NCBI GenBank assembly: GCA_002269645.1
Contig: NIVC01000943.1
Coordinates: 1 to 64,000, forward strand
Reading direction: 5' to 3'
Length of the DNA stretch: 64,000 nt
DNA from: Macrostomum lignano
Lineage: Eukaryota
The notes under the pieces were generated by a model. The model saw only the letters and a list, made by a program, of their open reading frames with translations. It was not told the DNA's origin and searched no databases. Of this stretch, positions 1-11,216 are shown piece after piece. The first letter of the stretch is position 1. Each line of letters starts with the position of its first letter. Made by a program: the position numbers and the translations under genes.

Positions 1-329
1 TGCGTTGCTGCCTCGATGACCTCTTTGTGATTTGTGGTGAGCATCGATAACTCAGCTGTGGCACTTGCTTTGATGTACCGCATCCTGGCTCATGAGGAGT
101 TAAAAAAGATCTACTCAAAGTGATTAATAACTGTGCGGCTTGGTTTAACCATGAAATGCATTTAATTATCCTGCCTGAGGGATGGATTGGGGGTGCGGGT
201 GGAATTTGACTCAGCCCAAACTATAGCACTGGCTATTGCGTACAACGGTACATGTAGCACAAAATGGCATCAATCTGCGCAACTCCAGTCCACGCACCCT
301 CCCGCGCCCACAGCCCTAGCTTGACTTAC

Positions 330-715
330 TGGACTCAGCTGCATGGGGTTCCGGTGCATCCGGATACAGCGGAGAAGCGTCGCCGCCCATTTCGCCAGCC
401 CCTGGCGTCCACGGGCAGCTGTTGCTATGTGGTGTATCGCAGGGAGATCCTGCTGCCAGTGTCCGGTCTTCCAGACAGAGAACAGCCGCGCGGATTGCCG
501 ACAGTCAGTGACGTTAGCCCACCTCTCCTTGTGCTTTCAAGCCACCCACTGCATGGTTGATCCGAGTGGTGACAACGGCGGTGGGGGTGGGGTCCACGGC
601 AGGGGACCAGTGAAAGAACCGGTCGAGCCAGCCTTGGCCATGCGATTGGCCAACTCGTTGCCGGGGTGGCCCGAGTGCCCGGAGATCCACCTTTGGGACA
701 TCAATTGTTAGAGGG
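330..715 (-). mobile_element. Degenerate non-LTR retrotransposon relic (RNase H C-terminus and downstream region)
   Basis: The minus-strand translation gives WISGHSGHPGNELANRMAKAGSTGSFTGPLP...KHKERWANVTDCRQS. This matches the RNase H end motif W(V/I)PGHxGxxGNExADxLAK of RNH-bearing LINEs. There is an in-frame TGA, so it is a pseudogene. Confidence 0.6.
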
Positions 716-734
716 CGCCTAAGCGGAACCCCAC

Positions 735-1360
735 ACTAGCCCCTCCCCGCACAGACCCTCCCACCCCCAGCCCCTCCCCGCACAGACCCTCCCACCCCCA
801 GCCCCTCCCTTCCACAGACCCTCTCACCCTCCCGCCCTCAACCCCTCTTGCCCTCAGATCCTCTAGCTGTCAGATCCTCTCGCCCTCAGCCCCTCTTGCC
901 CTCAGATCCTCCAGCTGTCAGACCCTCCCGCCCTCAGCCCCTCCCGCATACAGAACCTCCCAACTCCCAGCCCCTCCCGCCGTCAGCCTCTCTCGCCCTC
1001 AGCCCCTCCCGGCCTCAGCCCCTCCCGCCCTCAGCCTCTCGCTCTCAGATCCTCCAGCTGTCAGACCCTCGCGCCCTCAGCCCCTCCCGCCCTCAGTCCT
1101 TCAAGCCCTCAGCCCTTCAAGCCCTCAGCCCCTCCCGCCCTCAGCCCTTCAAGCCCTCAGCCCCTCCAGCCCTCAGCCCTTCAAGCCCTCAGCCCCTCCA
1201 GCCCTCAGCCCTTCAAGCCCTCAGCCCCTCCCGCCCTCAGCCCTTCAAGCCCTCAGCCCCTCCAGCCCTCAGCCCTTCAAGCCCTCAGCCCCTCCCGCCC
1301 TCAGCCCTTCAAGCCCTCAGCCCCTCCCGCCCTCAGCCCTTCAAGCCCTCAGCCCCTCAA
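735..1360. repeat. C-rich minisatellite of ~16-bp units (CCCTCAGCCCCTCCCG / CCCTCAGCCCTTCAAG)
   Basis: Tandem units are visible directly and explain ORF 848..1555. Confidence 0.9.
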
Positions 1361-1831
1361 CCGTACCCGCACTCAGACTGTCAGAAACTGAAACAATCAG
1401 TGGTTGGAGCCCCTTGCTGTACTCGTACTGCGGACCCGGTCTGTAAGTTGTGCTTGAGCGCTATTGAAGCTCTTCAACCAATCAGGAGTTTGAAAGTCGT
1501 TTTCGCAAATTCTTGGCTACGGTGTGAAACAAACAGAAAGGCTTTTACCAACTAATTTGTATATTAATAAATATTTTGTCTATGAAGTACCAGATCATCT
1601 TGCAAGGAAAGTAACATCGAAACACGAAAACGTTTGAGCTTATATAGCATTATATCTTGGAAGTGAAGTGGGAACTGTTTAGGGTGTCAAAGCAGACAAA
1701 TAATTAATAAGAAGAGAACTGATGACTTTTTAAAGCAACGATATGTTAATTACTGCATTTGCTTTCATTGATATTCAGTCTGTAAAAATTTCAAAGAGCT
1801 GAGGCTGGGAACCTGCCGAGCGCTTATCAGG

Positions 1832-2630
1832 GGCAGGTAAGATGTCAGTCAAGGGTCAGGTAAGATGTCAGTCAAGGGTCAGGTAGGATGTCAGTCAAGG
1901 GTCAGGTAAGATGTCAGTCAAGGGTCAGGTAGGATGTCAGTCAAGGGTCAGGTAAGATGTCAGTCAAGGGTCAGGTAGGATGTCAGTCAAGGGCCAGGTA
2001 CTCGTAGGATGTCAGTGAGGTGGAATGTCGATCAGGTGGAATGTCGATCAGGTGGTATGTCGATCACGTGATGTCAGTCAGGTGGGATGTCAGTCAGGTG
2101 GGATGTCAGTCAGGTGGGGTGTCAGTCAGGTGGGATGTCAGTCAGGTGGGGTGTCAGTCAGGTGGGATGTCAGTCAGGTGGGATGTCAGTCAGGTGGGAT
2201 GTCAGTCAGGTGGGATGTCAGTCAGGTGGGATGTCAGTCAGGTGGGATGTCAGTCAGGTGGGATGTCAGTCAGGTGGGATGTCAGTCAGGTGGGATGTCA
2301 GTCAGGTGGGGTGTCAGTCAGGTGGGATGTCAGTCAGGTGGGATGTCAGTCAGGTGGGATGTCAGTCAGGTGGGATGTCAGTCAGGTGGGATGTCAGTCA
2401 GGTGGGATGTCAGTCAGGTGGGATGTCAGTCAGGTGGGATGTCAGTCAGGTGGGGTGTCAGTCAGGTGGGATGTCAGTCAGGTGGGATGTCAGTCAGGTG
2501 GGATGTCAGTCAGGTGGGATGTCAGTCAGGTGGGATGTCAGTCAGGTGGGATGCCAGTCAGGTGGGATGTCAGTCAGGTGGGATGTCAGTCAGGTGGGAT
2601 GTCAGTCAGGTGGGATGTCAGTCAGGTGAA
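1832..2630. repeat. Two adjacent minisatellites: 23-bp GTCAGTCAAGGGTCAGGTAAGAT, then 16-bp GTCAGTCAGGTGGGAT
   Basis: Tandem units are visible directly and explain ORFs 2020..2817, 2025..2636 and 2087..2629. Confidence 0.95.
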
Positions 2631-2675
2631 ATGTAAGTTTCAGCGGTCAGACGTGGACTTTCCGTCAGTCTCCCG

Positions 2676-5600
2676 TCAGGCGAGGTGCAGCTGCAGGTTG
2701 CGGCGGAGGTCGTCGGCGAGGCCAAGGAAGGCGGTGCGCAGGGGAAGGTCACGGCGCAGGCAGGCGGCCACCCGGCTGCGGTGCAGGAAGTGCCGCACCT
2801 CCACCAGCAGCTCCTGACAGGCCCTGGCGCTCTCCCAGGCCTCGGGGCTGGCCAGCAGAAGTCGGTTCAGGGCGTCCAGCGCCTCGAACAGCTGCACGGC
2901 CGTCTCCGGGCGCATCGCTGCTACCGGGGCGCCATCGCGGATTCGACCGTAGAAGTCGAAGTGGCGCGCGCAGTGGCGCAGGCAGTCCTTGACGAAGGCG
3001 AGAAAGCCCAGCTTGTTCACCGGCTCCACGGCGAGGCGGCAGAGCAAGGCTGGGGTCAGCTCCTCCTGTCTGCGGGGTGGGGATCGGTGGGATGGGGATC
3101 AGTGAGAATGGGGATCAGCTCCTCCTGTCTGCGGGGTGGGGATCGGTGGGATGGGGATCAGTGAGAATGGGGATCAGCTCCTCCTGTCTGCGGGGTGGGG
3201 ATCGGTGGGATGGGGATCAGCTCCTCCTGTCTGCGGGGTGGGGATCGGTGGGATGGGGATCAGCTCCTCCTGTCTGCGGGTGGGGATCGGTGGGATGGGG
3301 ATCAGTGAGAATGGGGGTCAGCTAGCTCCATGTGGGGATCAACTCCGTGTGGGGATCAACTCCGTGTGGGGATCAACTCCGTGTGGGAATCAGCTCCGTG
3401 TGGGGATCAGCTCCGTGTGGGGATCAGCTCCGTGTGGGGATCAGCTCCGTGTGGGGATCAGCTCCGTGCGGGGATCAGCTCCGTGTTACGCAACGCACAC
3501 AACAAGAGGCTAAGTGGCGGTCCACAAACATTCGCTACTCACGGGGCACTGAGTCATAACTGAGGGTTAAGGTAAAGGTTAACTAAGCGCATATTCGTGA
3601 GCAGAGGGCAGGGTGACAATTGCTACAATAAATTATCAGCATCAGTTATACGCGGCTGCAATCGGCGGTTAGGTTAGCTGCAGTGCCGATGGCTGACCAG
3701 CTCGAACTCAAGTTTCGCTGTTAATTCACGGTTAAATGAATAAATACAAGCGCACTGACTATTTATCAGTAGTATAGCTGAGCTATAACCGGATTAGTTC
3801 TGCATAAACAATTATAAAACTTGCGAACCGGTCAATTTGGTGCGAAAGTATTGAATTCTCACCTGCTAAACTGGCTTGGGCTGCAATTTGAGCAAATGAA
3901 AAGTTTGTTTGAAAAAAAGTTCAGTACAGCAATTGACATGCACCTCTCAGGTTTTTCCCTACTATTTTCAAGACCATTGATCAGGATGGCCGAAATATTT
4001 ATCTTATCAACCTGGATCCAATCAACATGGATCTAATCAACCTGGATCTACTCAATCTGGGTCTAATTTAACTGAATCTAATCAACCTGGATCTAATCAA
4101 CCTGGATCTAATCCACCTGGATCTAATCAACCTGGATCTAATCAACCTGGATCCAATCAACCTGGATCCAATCAACCTGGATCTAATCAACATGGATCTA
4201 ATCAACCTGGATCTAATCAACCTGGATCTAATCAACCTGGATCCAATCAACCTGGATCCAATCAACCTGGATCCAATCAACATGGATCTAATCAACCTGG
4301 ATCCAATCAACCTGGATCCAATCAACCTGGATCCAATCAACATGGATCTAATCAACCTGGATCTAATCAACCTGGATCTATCAACCTGGATCTACTCAAC
4401 CTGGATCTAATCAACCTGGATCTATCAACCTGGATCTAATCAACATGGATCTAATCAACCTGGATCTAATCAACCTGGATCTATCAACCTGGATCTACTC
4501 AACCTGGATCTAATCAACCTGGATCTACTCAACCTGGATCTAATCAACCTGGATCTAATCAACCAGGATCCAATCAACCTGGATCCAATCAACATGGATC
4601 CAATCAACCTGGATCCAATCAACCTGGATCTAATCAACATGGATCTAATCAACCTGGATCTAATCAACCTGGATCTATCAACCTGGATCTAATCAACCTG
4701 GATCTAATCAACCTGGATCTAGAACATAAAATAGGAACTGTTATGAATCTGGTATGAACGGAAGGAATAAATCTGAATAACAGCGGGAGCCTTCATCATC
4801 TGACACTTACCATCCGGCCATCAGGTGATAGAAGGTCCTCGCCCGCTCCAGCAGCAGGGCACGGTAGGTTGTCACCTGCTCCGTGACCATCTCTTGCTCG
4901 CCGTCGTCTCCCCAGGTGTGCCGGCCGTCAGCAATCACTATGAGAGAGCAGAGGGAGCTCAGCAGCAGCGGGATGAGGCGGCCCTCACCCTGGTGCAGCG
5001 AGCGCTGACGGCTGGACAGGGCCTCCGTTTCCTGCAAGGGGAATAATGAGTTTGGTAGAGGGCGGAGTTTGGTAGAGGGCGGAGTTTGGTAGAGGGCGGA
5101 GATGGTAGATGGCGGAGTTTGATAGAGGGCGGAGATGGTAGATGGCGGAGTTTGGTAGAGGGCGGAGGTGGTAAATAGCGGAGTTTGGTAGAGAGCGGAG
5201 GTGGTAAATAGCGGAGTTTGGTTGAGGGCGGAGATGGTAGATGGCGGAGTTTGATAGAGGGCGGAGATGGTAGATGGCGGAGTTTGATAGAGGGCGGAGA
5301 TGGTAGATGGCGGAGTTTGGTAGAGGGCGGAGGTGGTAAATAGCGGAGTTTGGTTGAGGGCGGAGGTGGTAAATAGCGGAGTTTGGTAGAGAGCGGAGGT
5401 GGTAAATAGCGGAGTTTGGTTGAGGGCGGAGATGGTAGATGGCGGAGTTTGATAGAGGGCGGAGATGGTAGATGGCGGAGTTTGATAGAGGGCGGAGATG
5501 GTAGATGGCGGAGTTTGGTAGAGGGCGGAGGTGGTAAATAGCGGAGTTTGGTTGAGGGCGGAGGTGGTAAATAGCGGAGTTTGATAGAGGGCGGAGATGG

Positions 5601-8600
5601 TAAATAGCGGAGTTTGATAGAGGGCGGAGATGGTAGATGGCGGAGTTTGGTAGAGGGCGGAGATGGTAGATGGCGGAGTTTGGTAGAGGGCGGAGATGGT
5701 AGATGGCGGAGTTTGGTAGAGGGCGGAGGTGGTAGATAGCGGAGTTTGGTAGGCAACTATGAGTGATGCCTGACTGATGAAAGAACTTGTAGCCAACTAC
5801 AGAGCTGTGGATGGTTTCGAATATGAAGTTTTCGGCCAGTGCCCCTGCCGCACCTCGAAGGAGCAGTTCAGGGCCTGCAGGGCGTGCAGCAGAACCCTCA
5901 GCTGGTTCCCGCGCTGCCGCCTCTCGATCTCCGTTAGAGCCTCGAATGAGCGCTGTTCCTTAGCAACAGTTTCCATGGTGATAACTAACAGCTCCAACAG
6001 TCTGGGCGTCTCCCAGAACAACTTCTTGACGATAAAGTAGCGCTTGAGGGAGATGAAGAGCTCCAGCAGGAGGTCGCTGAGGGCCTCCGAGTCCCCAACC
6101 GCGCGCCCCAGGTCGCCCACCAGGCCGTCGAACAGCAGGCGGAAGTCGGACTCGCCGAGCCGCACGGAGCTGCGCCGGGTGGTCAGCAGCAGGTAGTCGG
6201 CGTCGCACTCGAGCGTCCGCTTGAGCGCCTGCTTCCTCCAGGCAGCCTTCAGCTGCTGGTAGGGCCAGTCGCTGTCCGGGTGCGACTTGCGGAAATAGTT
6301 CAGGTAAATCCGGACGGTTCGGGTGGCCGGTGCGGCCTCTGGCGGCTTCCCGCCATTGCCGACTGCGTCCGCTGGGTCTGCAGCGGCAGCGGCGGCAGCT
6401 GAGCGTCGGGAGCCGCAGCAGCCACCAGCCTTCTGGGCATTTAAGCCGCCGTCAGCTGCACCAGTACCAAGCGCTGAGGTCACCTCGGCAGGAGCGCTTG
6501 ACGCTGCCGCCTGTGGTGGCGGTGCGGTGCCTGGAGCGGCCGCTGACGCCGGGCCTCTGCGAGAGCGTCGGGAGCCGCAGCAGCCCCCGCCATTCTGTGC
6601 AGTCGAACCGCCGTCAGCTGCGTCGGAGCCAAGCGCTGCAGTTGGCACGGCAGAGGCGCTTGATGCTGCCGCCTGCGATGGCGCCGCGAGGTTTGGAGCT
6701 GCTGCTGACGGTTGGTCAGATGCCTGGCCTCTGCCAGAGCGTCGGGAGCCGCAGCAGCCACCAGCCTTCTGGGCATTTGAGCCGCCGTCAGCTGCACCAG
6801 TACCAATCGCTGAGGTCGACTCGGCAGGAGCGCTTGACGCTGCCACCTGTGGTGGCAGTGCGGTGCCTGGAGCTGTCGCTGATGCCGGGCCTTTGCGTCG
6901 GGAGCCGCAGCAGCCTCCGCCGTTCTGGGCAGTTGAGCCACCGTCAGCTGCAACGGAGTCATGCGCTGCGGTTGGCGCGGCAGAAGCGTTTGAAGCCGTC
7001 GCCGCCTGGGGGACCTGTGACGGTCGGTCAGACGTTGACAAACCTCCACGAGAGCGTCGGGCACCGCAGCAGCCGCCTTCGCTCTTGGCAGCGGGGACGT
7101 CAGCTGCGCTGCCTTCGGCACCAAGCGCTTGGGTCGGTTGGGCAGGAGCGCTCGAGGCTGCCGCCTGCGGTGGCACCGCAGTGCCAGGCGCTGCCGCTGA
7201 CGCTTGGTCAGATGCCTGGCCTCTGCGAGGGCGCCGGGAGCCGCAGCCGCCACCAGCCTTCTGCGCAGTTGAGCCGTCGGCTGCGTCGGCGCCAAGCGCT
7301 TGGGTCGGCTCAGGAGTGCTCGAAGCTGCCGCCTGCGGTGGCGCTGCGGTGCCTGAGACCGCCGCTGACGGTCGGTCAGACGCCAAGCCTCTGTGATTTT
7401 AGTTGTGTAATTTCAGGTTATCTAAGCGATCTGCACCAGCTGTCACACTGCACAACAGCCGATCTGCACCAGCTGTCACACTGCACAACAGCCGATCTGC
7501 ACCAGCTGTCACACTGCACAACAGCCGATCTGCACCAGCTGTGACACTGCACAACAGCCGATCTGCACCAGCTGTCACACTGCACACCAGACGATCTGCA
7601 CCAGCTGTCACACTGCACAACAGCCGATCTGCACCAGCTGTCACACTGCACAACAGCTGATCTGCACCAGCTGTCACACTGCACAACAGCTGATCTGCAC
7701 CAGCTGTCACACTTCACAACAGCCGATCTGCACCAGCTGTCACACTGCACAACAGCCGATCTGCACCAGCTGTCACACTGCACAACAGCCGATCTGCACC
7801 AGCTGTCACACTGCACAACAGCCGATCTGCACCAGCTGTCACACTGCACAACAGCCGATCTGCACCAGCTGTCACACTGCACAACAGCCGATCTGCACCA
7901 GCTGTCACACTGCACAACAGCCGATCTGCACCAGCTGTCACACTGCACAACAGCCGATCTGCACCAGCTGTCACACTGCACAACAGCCGATCTGCACCAG
8001 CTGTGACACTGCACAACAGCCGATCTGCACCAGCTGTCACACTTCACAACAGCCAATCTGCACCAGCTGTCACACTGCACAACAGACGATCTGCACCAGC
8101 TGTCACACTGCACACCAGACGATCTGCACCAGCTGTCACACTGCACAACAGCCAATCTGCACCAGCTGTCACACTGCACACCAGACGATCTGCACCAGCT
8201 GTCACACTGCACAACAGCCGATCTGCACCAGCTGTCACACTGCACACCAGACGATCTGTACCAGCTGTCACACTGCACAACAGCCGATCTGCACCAGCTG
8301 TCACACTGCACAACAGCCGATCTGCACCAGCTGTCACACTGCACAACAGCCGATCTGCACCAGCTGTGACACTGCACAACAGCCGATCTGCACCAGCTGT
8401 CACACTGCACAACAGCCGATCTGCACCAGCTGTCACACTGCACAACAGCCGATCTGCACCAGCTGTCACACTGCACACCAGACGATCTGCACCAGCTGTC
8501 ACACTGCACAACAGCCGATCTGCACCAGCTGTGACACTGCACAACAGCCGATCTGCACCAGCTGTCACACTGCACACCAGACGATCTGCACCAGCTGTCA

Positions 8601-9835
8601 CACTGCACAACAGCCGATCTGCACCAGCTGTCACACTGCACACCAGACGATCTGCACCAGCTGTCACACTGCACAACAGCCGATCTGCACCAGCTGTCAC
8701 ACTGCACACCAGACGATCTGCACCAGCTGTCACACTGCACAACAGCCGATCTGCACCAGCTGTCACACTGCACACCAGACGATCTGCACCAGCTGTCACA
8801 CTGCACAACAGCCGATCTGCACCAGCTGTGACACTGCACAACAGCCGATCTGCACCAGCTGTCACACTGCACACCAGACGATCTGCACCAGCTGTCACAC
8901 TGCACAACAGCCGATCTGCACCAGCTGTCACACTGCACACCAGACGATCTGCACCAGCTGTCACACTGCACAACAGCCGATCTGCACCAGCTGTCACACT
9001 GCACACCAGACGATCTGCACCAGCTGTCACACTGCACAACAGCCAATCTGCACAAACTCACGTTAAATCCAGCCCCAGGTCGGTCTCCGTCGCTGTCACT
9101 GTGCCACTCAGTGTCCGCTGCCCCGTCAGTCCCTCGTCCGTCCCGGCTTCACCCCCTCCCGCTGGAGCCGTCTGAACTTCAATGACCATCGTGAGGATTT
9201 TCTCCACTAGAGGGATCACCAGCTTCGGTGGTCGCGTTTCCACGCGGATGGACTTGATGCTGTTCAGGTGGGCCAGGTGGTGCAGCACAATCTGTCGGGG
9301 CGGCTGCTTAGTTAACGAGGAGCCAACGGACATCTGCAGGCATCTCACGGGGACCAGATAGAGCCGCACGTCCACCAGGATGAGGTAGAATGGCTCGAGA
9401 ACTTGCTTGTCCCCAAAGAAATCGGTGAGCACCCGCTCTCTCAGCAGAACTCGCTCCCGAGCCGATAGGTCGAATGCTTCGTTGATGGCGCTGTCCAGCA
9501 CCTCCAGCTCCTGGATGTCCATTGGCAGCTGGCTGATGTTAACAGCTAGGACAGCAATGAGAAGGGTAGCTAACAAAATCAGTGACATAGTGGAGATAAA
9601 CAATAATGAAGCATTAGAAAGGAAATTTATTCGAATAGTAAAAATCGAAATGGTTTCTATGATTCATGACTATAACTATTTAACTAACAAGTTGTATTTT
9701 TTCATGTACAAGTAACAATTGACATTTAAACAACTTGACTTTCATATGCTATTTTTACCCTAACTTATAAAATTATCAATAAAAATTTATATTGATGTTT
9801 AGGATATGTATACCTGTGATGTAGGTTTTAAAATT
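2676..9835 (-). CDS. C12orf56/DUF4551-like protein, 5' end not located. Exons (-): 9835-9814 (tentative), 9545-9062, 7390-5854, 5031-4811, 3880-3863, 3069-2676
   Basis: All junctions are GT-AG with matching phases. Motifs LLELFISLKRYFIVKKLFWETPRLL, FEETEALSSRQRSL and RHFLHRSRVAACLRRDLPL resemble recalled human C12orf56 segments (LLMELKVAAQKNFILKRLFWKTSDLF; FRETETESSRLNTL; RYFIHMPALQKRLPL). Not database-verified. Confidence 0.7.
3055..3485. repeat. Intronic minisatellites: 59/43-bp units copying the splice acceptor, then ~17-bp GGGGATCAGCTCCGTGT units
   Basis: TCCTCCTGTCTGCGG recurs at 3061, 3120, 3179, 3222 and 3265. Confidence 0.9.
4005..4720. repeat. 15-bp intronic minisatellite ATCTAATCAACCTGG
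   Basis: Tandem units visible directly. Confidence 0.95.
5047..5752. repeat. 33-bp intronic minisatellite (AGAGGGCGGAGATGGTAGATGGCGGAGTTTGGT variants)
   Basis: Tandem units visible directly; 11-aa periodicity in the ORF track. Confidence 0.95.
7428..9052. repeat. 33-bp intronic minisatellite GATCTGCACCAGCTGTCACACTGCACAACAGCC (~49 copies)
   Basis: Tandem units fill almost the whole intron 7391-9061. Confidence 0.97.
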
Positions 9836-10044
9836 CTGAAACTATAAGTACAAAATTGAATATCAAATTAGCAAAAGAGGTTAAAAATTTGAGTTTAAAA
9901 ATTCACTAAAATATATAACAATATATTGCATTTTGGTAAAATGTCGTAATTTGATGATATACAACATTTCACACTCTATCTTTGACAAGTTAAAACCGAG
10001 TAGGTGTGGCATTGAGATATTGCTATGCTAAGCTAACATGTACA

Positions 10045-10120
10045 AAAACCTGAATTACAATTGTAATTCACGCGGCACAATGTCGACAATGTCGACAATT
10101 ACAATTGTAATTCAGGTTTT
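10045..10120. repeat. 76-bp inverted repeat with 24-bp arms, each containing the palindrome AATTACAATTGTAATT
   Basis: AAAACCTGAATTACAATTGTAATT...AATTACAATTGTAATTCAGGTTTT are perfect reverse complements. Confidence 0.85.
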
Positions 10121-11216
10121 ATTAATTGTGGTTTTTGTTGGCATTATCAGTATTCACGTTTACATTAAGCACCTATGTCCCATCACGTATCTCCTGGTAG
10201 TGGTACTTAACTGATTGACATGGAAAATCGTGTAATCGTGAAAAGTTATAATTTCAAGGTATATCATTTAATTCTAATCTAAACTATTACTAAAAATATA
10301 ATTTTAGATGTGGATTGGAACGTTAAATTGTTATTATCAGTTAAAAACCGTCTTTAAAAAGTTGTCGATCATGCCTAAACAAAGTCTTTCGATCCGATGG
10401 TTTTTTGTCTCTCTGCCTATGTCGAATACATAGCACAAAATACAATAAGACAGGTAGACAAGTACATTAAAATACCTTACAAATTTCCAAGTTAAATGTG
10501 AAACAAGCATATTAAGGAGCCTAAATACATATAAAAAATTGCAATTAGTTAGCATTAAAAAAATTGGACATTCATATGTAACCCAAAATCTGTTTTAGTC
10601 CTACACAAAAAATATAAGAAACTGGTATTCGCTTTACTAAGCATTGGCAAAACCGGAAAAAAACGTAGATGATATATTGACGTTGTAAGATGTAGGAGTA
10701 AATCTGCTAAAAAAGTATGCTATAAAAGAGAAGAAGATTAACAGAACATTAAGAGAACATTAGGAAGATTGAAGTAGATGTTAAAGACTGCTGTTGTTAC
10801 TAGTAATAAAAGATACAAGAGTGGTTTACTCTATAAGTTTCAAGCGCTCGGATTTTTGTTCCAGCGTTATAACAAAGTGAGAAATTTTACTACTAATAAA
10901 TTAAATGTGACCATTATACACTTAACGTTTCAATATTTTGCTCGTAGTAAAATTAAATACGTATATTATCGTAATGCTGGCATTGGAGTTACATTATACA
11001 ATATTTTTTAATTTTATTTTTCGTTTTCGTTTTTGCAATTAAATAATATTTCTTCTACAGCGAGTAAGTAGATATAGTAAAGATAGGCCAATATTCTAGT
11101 GCGAATCCAGATTCTAAACAGTGTCTTGAAGAATCCTTTTCTGTTTTTAGCTTAAATCCAGCTTGTTCTTTAATATTAGTTATATTTAGGTCTCCACTCC
11201 AAGTCATACAACTACA

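Noticed and set aside
3069-4811. Possible selenocysteine TGA formed at an exon junction
   Set aside because: An 18-nt micro-exon with strong splice sites at 3863-3880 removes the TGA.
6323-7544. Long plus-strand ORFs (357 and 404 aa) and the alternative minus frame 6480..7295
   Set aside because: Antisense or shifted frames of a GC-rich repetitive exon. Only the 5797..7386 frame splices in phase.
7418-9061. 547-aa Cys-rich ORF (VQCDSWCRS repeats) and its other-frame companions
   Set aside because: Translation of a 33-bp intronic minisatellite lying between a valid donor (9061) and acceptor (7391). It is open only because the unit lacks stops.
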